Shown: positions 19,415 to 29,093 of the stretch, piece after piece
Layout of the letters: each line of letters opens with the position of its first letter
How positions within the stretch are numbered: the first letter of the stretch is position 1
Assembly (NCBI GenBank): GCA_965248055.1
Contig: CBDFIJ010000004.1
Location: forward strand, 2,144,001-2,208,000
Length of the DNA stretch: 64,000 nucleotides
DNA from: Candidatus Multivoradales bacterium
GTDB lineage: Bacteria > Acidobacteriota > Thermoanaerobaculia > Multivoradales > JAHEKO01
Direction: 5' to 3'
Notes under the pieces: model-generated
The model's input: only the letters and a program-made list of their open reading frames with translations
The model's database searches: none
What the model was told of the DNA's origin: nothing
Made by a program: the position numbers and the translations under genes

Positions 19415-21036
19415 GGAGTAGGCGCTTCCAAGGCCGCGGTGGCGTCGTCTTTGGTCGTGTCAGAAGCCGGCTGCGATGGTTCAGAGGGTACGTTCACCCG
19501 ATAGGCCTGGATCGCGCGTACCAGAGTGTCGACCAGACGTCGTTGATAGGTGGGATCTTGCAAATTGCGTTCTTCGTCGGGATTGCTGATGAATCCCAGC
19601 TCTACCAAAACCGCAGGCATGTTGGCCCCGCGCAGTACGCGAAACGGAGCTTGTTTGACCCCTCGATCTCGCAATCCCAGACTGGAATTGAACTCCGCCT
19701 GTACCAGCTTGGCCAAACGCTGGCTCTCGGCCAGATGATGGCTCTGCGCCAGATCCCAGAGGATGAACTCCAGGTCGTTGTTGAAGGTCTGGGTGCCAGT
19801 GTCGGCCTCGTCTTCCCGGGCCGCCAACTCCGCAGCATCTTCGTCCGACGCTTCCAAAGACAGAAAGAAAGTCTCGGCGCCGCGTGCGGTGCGGCCAAAC
19901 GAAGAGTTGACGTGCAGTGAGATAAACAAGTCCGCTTGCTCATGGTTGGCAATCGCCGTGCGGTCGGTGAGTGCTAGGTCTCGATCGTCACTGCGAGTCA
20001 GCAGAATGCGAGCTCCGGTGCCGCGCAGACGGTCCGATAGCGTTCTTGCCACTTGCAAGGTGATCGCCTTTTCCTCGACCCCAGAGCGACCCTGTGCCCC
20101 AGTGCTGGCGCCACCGTGGCCAGGATCAATGACAATCGTGAACGGGCCTCGACCTCTTTGCGGTGGTACAAAGGTCGAAGGACCTCTGTCGCCCAGCTCG
20201 CTAGTCGCCTCGCCGGGCACCAAATCGATCACCAAGCGAAACGGGGTGTCCAGGGTGTAGTGACGGACTTCGGTCTGGGCGGCCAACTGCAGAATTATCG
20301 CGCTCTCAGCAGCTCGTAGACCTTCCAAGTGGCCCCCAGAGGCATCACTGGAAAGATTCACCCGGTCGCCATAAAACGATACCGTGGCTTGTCGATCACT
20401 GGTTTCGATTCGGTAGCGGGATGGTTCGTTGAACTCAAGCACCACGGTGGTGACCTCACCAAACGAAGTCACCGAGGGACGGACCTCAAAAACCTTGCCG
20501 CCACCGCGGGTCGCGATCAGGGTTGGTGGTTGCTCCTGCCACTCAAAGTGAATACCCAAGGCGGAGAAGGTGAGATCGAGAAAATCCAGCGGTACGTGAA
20601 TGCCACCCACCGCCGATTGAGGCGGTTGGCTCAGGCGCACCATCTCTCCATTGACCGCAAGCTGGGTGCTTTCCGGCCCGAATAGATACCTTTGATCAGC
20701 GATTTTCAGTTCATGGCGCTCACCCAAAGGGCCGACCTTGAGCTCGCCACGCCAGGCCGCAACCAACGGTTCCAAGGCCACCAGTGGGCCGCGTAGCCCG
20801 CGCACATAGGGAGCCGAAAATACCCGTTCACCATCGACCACGCGGGCGGTTCTAAGTCCCAAAGCGGGCCGGGTCGTCGAGGTCGTTTGCGGTGCAGCTT
20901 CGGGGTCGTTGGCTGTTTGGCCGACGGCTGGGGTCGACAGAGCGACCCCGATTGCCGCCACGACAACAAAAGCCAAAGTGAAAGAACGCAAGTAGCGGGG
21001 AGTTGGTGCCAGGGTGAGGAGAAAAAAACGCAACAT
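19411..21036 (-). CDS. N-acetylmuramoyl-L-alanine amidase (Amidase_3, AMIN-like N-terminal part)
   Basis: IVIDPGHGG, EKAITL, LTRSDD, FISLHVNS, PAVLVELGFISN; start uncertain (ORF open from 21138). Confidence 0.92.
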   Translation of the reverse strand: MLRFFLLTLAPTPRYLRSFTLAFVVVAAIGVALSTPAVGQTANDPEAAPQTTSTTRPALGLRTARVVDGERVFSAPYVRGLRGPLVALEPLVAAWRGELKVGPLGERHELKIADQRYLFGPESTQLAVNGEMVRLSQPPQSAVGGIHVPLDFLDLTFSALGIHFEWQEQPPTLIATRGGGKVFEVRPSVTSFGEVTTVVLEFNEPSRYRIETSDRQATVSFYGDRVNLSSDASGGHLEGLRAAESAIILQLAAQTEVRHYTLDTPFRLVIDLVPGEATSELGDRGPSTFVPPQRGRGPFTIVIDPGHGGASTGAQGRSGVEEKAITLQVARTLSDRLRGTGARILLTRSDDRDLALTDRTAIANHEQADLFISLHVNSSFGRTARGAETFFLSLEASDEDAAELAAREDEADTGTQTFNNDLEFILWDLAQSHHLAESQRLAKLVQAEFNSSLGLRDRGVKQAPFRVLRGANMPAVLVELGFISNPDEERNLQDPTYQRRLVDTLVRAIQAYRVNVPSEPSQPASDTTKDDATAALEAPTP

Positions 21037-21258
21037 AGATGAAATCGCCAGTCGAGAGATTGAAGTGAGAAATCTTCCAGAAGAGAAAATATGCAAGAAA
21101 TAGCCCCGGTAAACGGGGTAACCGAACGAGAATAGCATTCACAAGGGAGTCAATCGCCCGCTAAGACCCTTTGGCCCTTGCCGGTAAATCGCCCCTTTGC
21201 TATGGTTTGCGGCCCGGTCGCAGCCGGCTCACGAGAGCCGCTGCACCGGCCCACTCCT

Positions 21259-21334
21259 GGCCCGTTCGTCTAGTGGTTTAGGACGCCGGCCTCTCACGCC
21301 GGTAACACGGGTTCGACTCCCGTACGGGCTACCA
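21259..21334 (+). tRNA. tRNA-Glu (anticodon CTC)
   Basis: GGCCCGT/ACGGGCT acceptor stem, TAGTGGTTTAGGAC D-arm, CCGGC-ctCTCac-GCCGG anticodon arm, GGTTCGACTCC T-arm, encoded CCA. Confidence 0.97.
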
Positions 21335-21979
21335 ATTACTCCACTTCGTTTCGTTCTTGAAACCCGTACGGGATTCTGGGGCGTCACACTCTCGGTTTCA
21401 CCGTGAGTGCTCTGGCCGCGAAGCCATTACTCGTCGCCAATTGTTACCCGTCGTCCAGTTCCTGGACTCGGCATGAAATTCTGGGGCATCACACTTACGA
21501 TCGCTTCTTGAGTGCTCTGAGTCGCAGATATTAGTGTTCGGTGGCAACGTACCCTGGCTGCGGTTTCATTCCTTTTCTCTGGTCCGCTTCAGTTGGTTTT
21601 GTCACTCTTATGTCCAGAGGGCGATCCAAGTTTCGATCACCGAATTTCCGCAGGCCGACACTATTGGCTTTCATCGTTTGTCATTTCAAAACCTGAAATC
21701 GACAGGGTCTTGAAAAAATTCAAACGGTCTGAATCGGTAGTAGTACACTGAGCTCCAAGTTCACAGACGACGAGTGGGGGTTTGCAGAATTCCGCAGTCT
21801 TCAGAAAAGAGAGGGGAAAGTAATCGCCATAAGACGACCGACTACAGAAGGAAGTTGACAAGGTGCCAAATCACCAGGCTGATAACGGTAGAAGTTCAAT
21901 CTGTTGATAGATATCTACCGAGGACCGATGGCTTCCGCGTCTGCGAAAAACGAGTTTTCGGTAACACCAAGAGGAGGCA

Positions 21980-22348
21980 TTGATGAACGAGTTTGAGTTT
22001 CTTGAAGGCACTTGGGTTGAGTTTCAGCGAAAGGCAACTGCACGAAGGGTCCGAATCCATCCTTCAACCCTGCTGGCTGTGCAGAACTATCTGCTGCGCC
22101 GTGGTGTTCGCCGTGTATCGGATGCCGGCAAGGTGCAGATCGCCAGAGACATTCTGCAGGCTGTAATTGAAAAAGAGGAGCCGGACGCTGTCATAACTGC
22201 GGGCTCGATCAGCGCACATCTCGAAGATCGGTGTGAAGATCCGTTCGGAATGTGCAATACGAGCGCACTGAAGACCCTTGAACAAGAGAACGACATACTG
22301 GGCGTACAAGCTGTAGCTCGAGTCGAGAAGAAATTCTCCGATGAGTAA
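21980..22348 (+). CDS. Hypothetical protein
   Basis: GAGGAGG RBS directly upstream; overlaps the start of the next gene. Confidence 0.7.
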   Translation: MMNEFEFLEGTWVEFQRKATARRVRIHPSTLLAVQNYLLRRGVRRVSDAGKVQIARDILQAVIEKEEPDAVITAGSISAHLEDRCEDPFGMCNTSALKTLEQENDILGVQAVARVEKKFSDE

Positions 22349-23078
22349 AGACGCCGACAAACAGAGCAAGCTGTCATCCGAGGGCGTACTGGTGTTCATC
22401 AAAGAAGTGCAGGGGACCCTATTGTCTTATCTGGAGAAGGGTCTTTTTGTGGAACTCGAAGAAGAGTCCGACAAGGTACGTAAGTACCTCTCGAATGCGC
22501 TTGAAGCGTTTAACGACAAGGATTTCGTCAAGGCGAATGATTTGGCACTTGCTGCGGAAGACCATATCCACCGTGCCTACTATCGGGCCAGTTGGATCTG
22601 GCGATGCAACGTTCGATTTCGTCCGTTCATCGTTCTCTACAGTGTCTCTATTCTGCTCTTGATCTTCTACTTCGGTTGGAGCGAAGCGCCCCACCAGATC
22701 GGTCGGCTAAAGGTCGACCCCGATGGCAAGGTCTGGGGCGTGCCGTTGACGATGCTGGCCTTTGGCGCCAGTGGTGCACTTCTGCGCGTGCTCTACTGGG
22801 TTAACGTCAAAGTCGCGCGCGGCGACTTTCGACCACAGTTTCAACTTTCCAATCTGTTGGCGCCGTGGATAGGGGCACTATTCGGCGCCATCACCTTCGC
22901 TGTTGTTCAGGCTGGGCTATGGACATTTCAAGAAGGGACAAATGGTGATCTGAAGGCCGATCCTTGGGCGGCGCAGGCTCTGGCTGCATTAGCAGGGTTC
23001 AGTTGGGAGTGGGTTATCCATAACCTCACGAGGCTAATGGAGAGAGCTGGCAGCCAATCGGGTAACAAAGACAAATAA
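22341..23078 (+). CDS. Hypothetical membrane protein (helical N-terminus + about 4 TM)
   Basis: Hydrophobic segments with FGASGALL, PWIGALFG, ALAGFSWEW; translationally coupled to the previous gene. Confidence 0.75.
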   Translation: MSKDADKQSKLSSEGVLVFIKEVQGTLLSYLEKGLFVELEEESDKVRKYLSNALEAFNDKDFVKANDLALAAEDHIHRAYYRASWIWRCNVRFRPFIVLYSVSILLLIFYFGWSEAPHQIGRLKVDPDGKVWGVPLTMLAFGASGALLRVLYWVNVKVARGDFRPQFQLSNLLAPWIGALFGAITFAVVQAGLWTFQEGTNGDLKADPWAAQALAALAGFSWEWVIHNLTRLMERAGSQSGNKDK

Positions 23079-23198
23079 TCCTGTCAACGTATTCGAGTCT
23101 CGCGGATCGTATCTGCGATGGGTCTGTCAAATGCGCGTTTGAGTGCGATTCGTATAGCTTTGAATAGCCAGCAAGACTGGGTAGTCTTCCTGCCACCG

Positions 23199-23349
23199 GC
23201 TGATCAGACGTCACTCGCGAATCGGTCATCCGCTCGGCGATCCCAGGCGGTGACAGGATACGTGTCACGTCGTCTCTCCAAGAGGGATTCAGGCAGAGCG
23301 GTCGCTAACGAGGCGGAAGATTACGATGAGTATCCTGTCACCGTATTTT
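23199..23349 (+). repeat. 151-bp direct repeat of the RAYT 3' end and REP pair (copy of 26884-27034)
   Basis: Offset 3685; one mismatch (23340 A vs 27025 C). Confidence 0.95.
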
Positions 23350-23477
23350 TCTCTAAAGGTTAGACGCGGCCTTGCGTCAAATCGCCAGTTGGTCCGTTTC
23401 TGTTCAACAAGGGATCTCTCCTGGTCGGCCGTTGTTATGCTCATGGCCAAGGTGCAGACACGATAGCCAAGAAACTT

Positions 23478-24725
23478 CTACGTGGAACCGAGAGTAAGCC
23501 GATCGACAACCGCACGGAACCACTGCATTGCATCGCAAAGGGTTAGCGTGTCGTCCGGGCTGAGAAAAAAGCCATCTGTTACCTTAGGGTGGTACATCTT
23601 GTCCCGTAGCTCGATCGCACGCGTGACGGAGTTTTGACCAGGGGCCCGGAAAAGTTCGCTCGCGGAGTGTTCCGAAATCTTCTCGTAAGCCTTGATTGTG
23701 AGCTCAATCTGATCTTCTAGACCCATCTTGTTGCGCGTCGAATCAGTTGCATCTTGTACGCGCCTCTCACCACACACGCACTCTAGGTACTCCACTTCAT
23801 CGGCAGTTAAGTTCACCTCACCCCTGCTATTCGCGTACAAGACTGCCCGGCCGAGGATTGCACAAACTCCTTCGATTTCACTTAGGAATGTAACTCCGAG
23901 GATTCGGCCCCCGTGACTGAATGAACTCGACCGACCTGCCGCTCTCGTCAACTGCTCGTACTCCTTGCTCTTGGAAAGGGCCCATAGTGAGTCATGACCG
24001 AGTTCCGTTGACATGATGTGAACCAATCGGCCCGACTTCTCTTCGCTCTCCTCGATTTCGCGAAACAACTCTGCGTCGAAGAGGGCTTCGATTGCCTTGC
24101 GTTGGCTTGGGATCGCGCGCAGTGGTCGATCTACGAGCTCGTCCTTGCCTTTTGACGACCTCTCGTTGGTCTTGGCAACTGCGGCCACAACGCGGCGCTC
24201 TAGGTCGTGTACTTGAATTATCGCTCGACGAAGGACCTCGACTTCCCGATCGTCTGCAAAAAGATCCGTTAGACCCTTCGGGTGGGCTAGCTGCCGACGG
24301 GTCTGCCGTACTTGCGCAAGGAGGTCGGACAGCTCCACCTTTTCTTTTTCGGCTCTCGTGAGGCTATGGATCTCAAAAACGGCTTCAATCCCTGCGTTGA
24401 ACCGCTGGTTCATTGCGAGCCTCCGCCACTGTCGGTCTTCAGTCACCTTCCGCGAAAGGCTGGCCTTTGAGGCCCCTGTTACTGTTGCCAGCAAAGAAAG
24501 GTCGCGATTCGTGTTTGAAAGAGCTTCTATGTGGGAAGGGAAGAGACGAAAGGCAAGACGCCTCCAGCGAAAGATTTCCGCTAAGTAACTCTTATCCTTG
24601 GGCTCTGCGATGAACTGCTGATTAGCGTGCTCGATCCCATCTAGGATCCACTGCCCCTCGTGAAGAACCAGGGACATGGTCGCGCCAAGGATGTTCTTTC
24701 CGAGTTCAGTTACTCTCGTTGACAT
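23478..24725 (-). CDS. Hypothetical protein with probable C-terminal HEPN domain
   Basis: 415-aa helical ORF; RDKMYHPK (Rx4H) near the C-terminus and an upstream FLSEIEG helix. Confidence 0.55.
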   Translation of the reverse strand: MSTRVTELGKNILGATMSLVLHEGQWILDGIEHANQQFIAEPKDKSYLAEIFRWRRLAFRLFPSHIEALSNTNRDLSLLATVTGASKASLSRKVTEDRQWRRLAMNQRFNAGIEAVFEIHSLTRAEKEKVELSDLLAQVRQTRRQLAHPKGLTDLFADDREVEVLRRAIIQVHDLERRVVAAVAKTNERSSKGKDELVDRPLRAIPSQRKAIEALFDAELFREIEESEEKSGRLVHIMSTELGHDSLWALSKSKEYEQLTRAAGRSSSFSHGGRILGVTFLSEIEGVCAILGRAVLYANSRGEVNLTADEVEYLECVCGERRVQDATDSTRNKMGLEDQIELTIKAYEKISEHSASELFRAPGQNSVTRAIELRDKMYHPKVTDGFFLSPDDTLTLCDAMQWFRAVVDRLTLGST

Positions 24726-24829
24726 CCGTACTCGCTACGCCTGGGCCTGTCGCGGATGTAGTTCAGTGACGGTAGCCGCCTGGGCCAGAAGCTCCAGCGC
24801 AAAGCGATCGCCAGGGGTCACCACTTCAA

Positions 24830-25135
24830 TCAGCCCGCGGCAGCGCGTGGATAAACCTCAACATGAACATCAACTTGCTGGCCAAGCTTTCCGAGGATTG
24901 TTATTAATCGGTCGATGGTAAAGCGGCTGAGCTGGGCGTTGCGAATACGAACAAAGTCAGCGTGGTCAACTCCAGTGCGCGTTTGAGCTTGGCGCGTCGA
25001 GAGTTTTCCATTATCGAGAATACCGATGATTTTCGCGGCCAGTAGTGCTTTAGCCTGCTGTGTATCTGGGTTCGGTCGATCGAAGTCACGGAACACATTC
25101 CCTGAGCCGCGCACGAGTTCGAAGTTTTCCGTCAT
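24830..25135 (-). CDS. XRE/HigA-type HTH antitoxin
   Basis: GSGNVFRDF..P, LSTRQAQTRTGV, RFTIDRLITILGKLG. Confidence 0.9.
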   Translation of the reverse strand: MTENFELVRGSGNVFRDFDRPNPDTQQAKALLAAKIIGILDNGKLSTRQAQTRTGVDHADFVRIRNAQLSRFTIDRLITILGKLGQQVDVHVEVYPRAAAG

Positions 25136-25482
25136 TGTTGTAGCTCCTTTTTCAAGTGCTTGAGCCGATCCCGGATGAGCTCAATTTCTTTCTTCGGTGT
25201 TTGGATGCCCCGCGTGCTCTTCTTCTGAAACGCATGCACAACCCAAACATCTTCTCCAATCTGCAGCGCGTAAACGGCTCGGTAGGCGTCTGAACGGTAC
25301 TTCAGCGCGACCTCAAGCACTCCCGATCCGAATCCTCGCAGTGGCTTAGCAATGTCAGCCTTGCGACCCTCGGCTGCGATGGTGAGCGCTGCGAGGATTT
25401 CATCTTGCGCCCCCTTGGGGAAAGCCTCGAAGCTTTTCCTGGCTGCCTTAATCCAAGAGATAGGCCGCGTATTTCTGCTCAC
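25132..25482 (-). CDS. RelE/HigB-type toxin (Gp49-like/DUF891)
   Basis: RPISWIKAARKSFEAFP...AKPLRGFGSGVLEV...AYRAVY...VVHAFQKKS; real start is GTG 25482, not 25818. Confidence 0.9.
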   Translation of the reverse strand: MSRNTRPISWIKAARKSFEAFPKGAQDEILAALTIAAEGRKADIAKPLRGFGSGVLEVALKYRSDAYRAVYALQIGEDVWVVHAFQKKSTRGIQTPKKEIELIRDRLKHLKKELQQ

Positions 25483-25489
25483 GCGTGAA

Positions 25490-25518
25490 TGGTGGCACAT
25501 ATGCCACCAAGCGGTCAA
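25490..25518 (-). promoter_or_regulatory. TA promoter with palindromic operator
   Basis: TGGTGGCA-cata-TGCCACCA (25490-25509) between a minus-strand TTGACC (-35, 25513-25518) and the toxin start. Confidence 0.65.
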
Positions 25519-26045
25519 TAGTGACCTGACCCGCGCGGTTCGGTCTGCCGCAGAATATTTGTTCCTAGTGGTGGCGGGGGCTGGGTGCTTGGGGGTTGGA
25601 CTTGGTGTGCTGCGACGGTTTCTCCACGCAGCACGCGAGTTGGTTTTATGGAGGGTCCCGCTGGGCCAAGAGATCAACCCGCGAGCTGGGATATTCTGCT
25701 CTAGGCGCTCTGGCAACCAGCAAAGCCCGGGATGCCGGCGGCGCGGCAGAAAGTCGAAAAGATTACCGAAAAGAACAACGCCCTTGGTAAGGGCAACGCG
25801 AAGCGCAACGCCATCCAAGCCATCCGAAAGCTCGAATGGGAAAATCCGGAGGCCGCTAAAGCACTCGGGAAAGTTGCGGGCAAAGAAATCAGCCGAGAAT
25901 TAGCAAGCCGCAGTCGGGGATTTGGTCGCTCAGCCGTGGTCACATTGCTCAGGGGGCTGGGCTATCGAGCAAATCAAGATGAGCCTGCCAAAAGGGGCGA
26001 GAGCATTTAATCGACAATTTAGTTTTTAGTAGTCCAGGTTATCCA

Positions 26046-26283
26046 GGTGGTCTCATTCGGTCATCGCAACAGTTCAGCCAATTTTTCAGTCGGTTTCATC
26101 CATCCGAGCGTTTTTCGAGGTCGATCATTGAGCATATGAGCACATGGTCGAGATGCGCCTGGCTGTGGACCTCGAGGTCGGTTCCCTTTGGGAAGTACTG
26201 GCGCAGTAACCCGTTGGTATTCTCGTTGCTGCCTCGCTGCCATGGGCTATGTGGATCACAGAAGTAGACTTGTGGACGGTCAT
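26046..26283 (-). pseudogene. IS30-family transposase 3' remnant with probable right end
   Basis: [30 protein letters not shown], a frameshift, then [23 protein letters not shown]; truncated where the RAYT element begins. Confidence 0.88.
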
Positions 26284-26286
26284 AGA

Positions 26287-27030
26287 TACGGTGACAGGAT
26301 ACTTACTATTGCAAGGTGGTGACGGCAGATTTCGTTCCTTTGGTAGATGGCTCGTATCCCTCGTATTGTCATTCCACGGATTCCGCATCATGTGACCCAG
26401 CGTGGCGCGCGAAAGATGCGGGTATTTTTCTCTCCCGCTGACTACCAAACCTACAGACACATCCTGAGCCGGCAGGCGAACCGACACGCACTTGATATTT
26501 GGGCCTACTGTCTGATGCCCAATCATGTGCACATCATTGCTACGCCAGCGACCAAACAAGGCTTGGCGCGACCCTTTGGGGAAGCGTCATCGACGCTACG
26601 CTTTGGTCACCAACCGACGCCAAGGGTGGCGTGGCCATTTGTGGCAGGAGCGGTTCGCTTCGTGTCCGATGGACGAAGCTCACTTGGCAGCCGCAATTCG
26701 CTATGTCTTGCTCAACCCCGTGCGAGCTGGATTGGTGGGCGCGGCCACTGATTGGCCTCATTCAAGTGCCAGGGCACATATCTGGGGAGAGTCGGATTCC
26801 TTGGTCAACCCTCTTCCCGTGGCAAGACGGATTTTCGACTGGAGTGAATATTTGAGAGTTGATAATGACGATCCCACAACGGAGCTGATCAGACGTCACT
26901 CGCGAATCGGTCATCCGCTCGGCGATCCCAGGCGGTGACAGGATACGTGTCACGTCGTCTCTCCAAGAGGGATTCAGGCAGAGCGGTCGCTAACGAGGCG
27001 GAAGATTACGATGAGTATCCTGTCCCCGTA
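26287..27030 (+). mobile_element. RAYT element bounded by 16-bp inverted repeats
   Basis: TACGGTGACAGGATAC (26287-26302) and GTATCCTGTCCCCGTA (27015-27030), 15/16 match; internal copy at 26933-26946. Confidence 0.8.
26347..26938 (+). pseudogene. REP-associated tyrosine transposase (Y1/HUH), frameshifted
   Basis: MARIPR..PHHVTQRG, AYCLMPNHVH in one frame; GHLWQERF, RYVLLNPVRAGLV..WPHSSA in another; apparent +1 insertion near 26587; C-terminus runs into a REP. Confidence 0.88.
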
Positions 27031-27079
27031 TTTTCGTGCCGCTATACTTCAAGGCCGCAGTCGTGGGTGGAAATTAAAC

Positions 27080-28144
27080 ATGACTATTCTTCCCGGATTG
27101 ATCCTCGCCTTGGTGTTAGCGATCGCTGGCCAATTCCTGTCTGAACTCATCGGTGTCACCTGGATGGGGCTTGCCAAGAGCCCAATCAGTCCAATCATGC
27201 TGGCGATTTTGCTAGGAATCTTGGTACGAAATACCGTACCTCTGCCAACGGTCTTTCAGGCGGGCATTCGCTTCGGGTTGAAGCGGGTACTGAGGCTGGG
27301 AATTGTACTTCTTGGGATTCGCCTCAGTTTGGGTGAAATTGGAGCGGTCGGACTGAAGAGCTTGCCAGTTATATTTGGCTCGGTAGCAGCGGCTCTGATC
27401 ATGGTCACCTATTTCAGTCGCAAGCTCGGTTTGAGTGATCGCCTTGGAACCCTGATTGCGGTTGGAACCAGTGTTTGTGGCGCTACTGCGATTGTGGCTA
27501 CCGCTCCCGCAATCGGTGCGCAGGACGACGAGGTTAGTTATTCCGTCGCCTGTGTAACTTTGTTCGGCATTCTCGCGATGTTGGTTTATCCCTTTGCCGC
27601 ACACGGGATTTTTTCGACCAACCCTTTTGCAATCGGCCTTTTTCTCGGCACCGCGGTTCACGAAACAGCACAAGTTGCCGGTGCTGGCTTGGTCTATCAG
27701 CAGTTCTACAACGACCCTCAAGTGCTAGATGTAGCCACTGTGGCCAAGCTGGTCCGTAACCTCGGAATGATCATCATCATTCCCTTGATGAGTATCGTCT
27801 ACCACAGGAACACCAGTGAATCCGACCATGCCCCGAAGTGGTGGTCGATGATTCCGTTGTTTGTTGTTGGCTTCGCGGCGATGAGTTTGATTCGAACGAT
27901 TGGCGATCAGGGTGACTTGGGTGATCGGGCGTTCGGCGTGTTCCAGCCGGAGCATTGGCAGTTGATCATTGAGTACATCAAGAAAACGGCCGAGATTTGC
28001 CTCGCAGTCGCCATGGCAGCGGTCGGGCTAGGCACCAGTGTCAAGGCGTTACGAAGCCTTGGAGCTCGACCTTTTGCGGTCGGATTGTTTTCTGCGTTGC
28101 TTGTCGGCGGTGTAAGCGCCTCGTTGATCACGCTCTTGTGGTGA
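27080..28144 (+). CDS. YeiH / putative sulfate exporter family membrane protein
   Basis: LRLGIVLLG, GTSVCGATAI, GTAVHETAQV, ATVAKLVRN. Confidence 0.9.
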   Translation: MTILPGLILALVLAIAGQFLSELIGVTWMGLAKSPISPIMLAILLGILVRNTVPLPTVFQAGIRFGLKRVLRLGIVLLGIRLSLGEIGAVGLKSLPVIFGSVAAALIMVTYFSRKLGLSDRLGTLIAVGTSVCGATAIVATAPAIGAQDDEVSYSVACVTLFGILAMLVYPFAAHGIFSTNPFAIGLFLGTAVHETAQVAGAGLVYQQFYNDPQVLDVATVAKLVRNLGMIIIIPLMSIVYHRNTSESDHAPKWWSMIPLFVVGFAAMSLIRTIGDQGDLGDRAFGVFQPEHWQLIIEYIKKTAEICLAVAMAAVGLGTSVKALRSLGARPFAVGLFSALLVGGVSASLITLLW

Positions 28145-28155
28145 AAACAACAGAT

Positions 28156-28959
28156 CTAGTTATCCATTAGACGACCCGCGAGTTCCTTGACCAACTTAGC
28201 CGCCAAGACTGCGGTGATTCCTCCAATATCCAGTCGTGGATTGAGTTCCACGACGTCGGCACCCACCAACTCGGGTATCTGCCAAATGATGTTCAGAACT
28301 TCACGGGTGGTGAGGCCGCCAGCTTCGGGATGTGAGACCCCGGGGGCATAGGCGGGATCAAGGCCGTCGAGGTCGATGGAGAGGTAAACCGGTGTCTCAA
28401 GGTTGAGGCTCTCCAGATCAATCCAGCTCGCTCTGGGCACGATCTCGACGCCAAAACGCTGGGCTTGCTGACGCTGATGTTGATTGGCGGTGCGGATGCC
28501 GATTTGCACCAAGCGCTTCACGCGACCGGTTTCCATCACTCGTGCGAAGGGGCAAGCGTGCGAGTAGCGATCTCCTTCAAACGAATCGTAGAGATCCGGA
28601 TGGGCATCGATCTGGACCACGGTCAAGTGCTCGTGTTTCTGGCTGTGAGCGCTCAAAATCGGGAACGCGACGCTGTGGTCACCGCCGAGGCAGATCGTCT
28701 TGTCGTTGTCTCGGATTTGGTTCGCCACCGCCTGCTCGATTTCCGATCGGGTCTTCTCGCCCCCGGTTAGCGTTATATCTCCAAGGTCTTCGAAACGCTC
28801 CTCGGTCGCCAAATCGTATCCAGACTCAGTGTTTTGGCTCGAAGCCTCGGAGTACAACGCGGCACGGATCGCAGCCGGACCCGCGGCAGCTCCGTGCGCA
28901 TAGCTCGACGCTTGATCTGTCGGCAGGCCCAGAAGACGAACTGAATGGGTAGTTGGCAC
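28156..28959 (-). CDS. Agmatinase/arginase (ureohydrolase) family protein
   Basis: GGDHS, DAHPD, SHACPF, SIDLDGLDPAYAPG, DVVELNP. Confidence 0.92.
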   Translation of the reverse strand: MPTTHSVRLLGLPTDQASSYAHGAAAGPAAIRAALYSEASSQNTESGYDLATEERFEDLGDITLTGGEKTRSEIEQAVANQIRDNDKTICLGGDHSVAFPILSAHSQKHEHLTVVQIDAHPDLYDSFEGDRYSHACPFARVMETGRVKRLVQIGIRTANQHQRQQAQRFGVEIVPRASWIDLESLNLETPVYLSIDLDGLDPAYAPGVSHPEAGGLTTREVLNIIWQIPELVGADVVELNPRLDIGGITAVLAAKLVKELAGRLMDN

Positions 28960-29093
28960 CTATGATTCCTCAGGATAACGACCTGCCGGAGACTAACAGC
29001 CGTGAGCCTCCCGATTTGAGCCACGAGCCACCGAGTTACGACCGAGTGTGTGAACAACAACGACCGGTCAAGAACGGCGAGTCTGCCGGCTAG

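Noticed and set aside
25483-25818. N-terminal extension of the RelE toxin in the ORF track (228 aa)
   Set aside because: Toxin similarity starts at GTG 25482 and the extension spans the operator and promoter
25732-26010. 92-aa basic ORF
   Set aside because: No clear RBS or recognisable motif; may be a gene fragment but cannot be supported
26560-26600. Programmed frameshift in the RAYT
   Set aside because: No slippery heptamer; one extra base in GCG-T-CAT explains it (mutation or sequencing error)
21335-27034. Prophage or ICE at tRNA-Glu
   Set aside because: No integrase, structural or conjugation genes, and no distal att copy found
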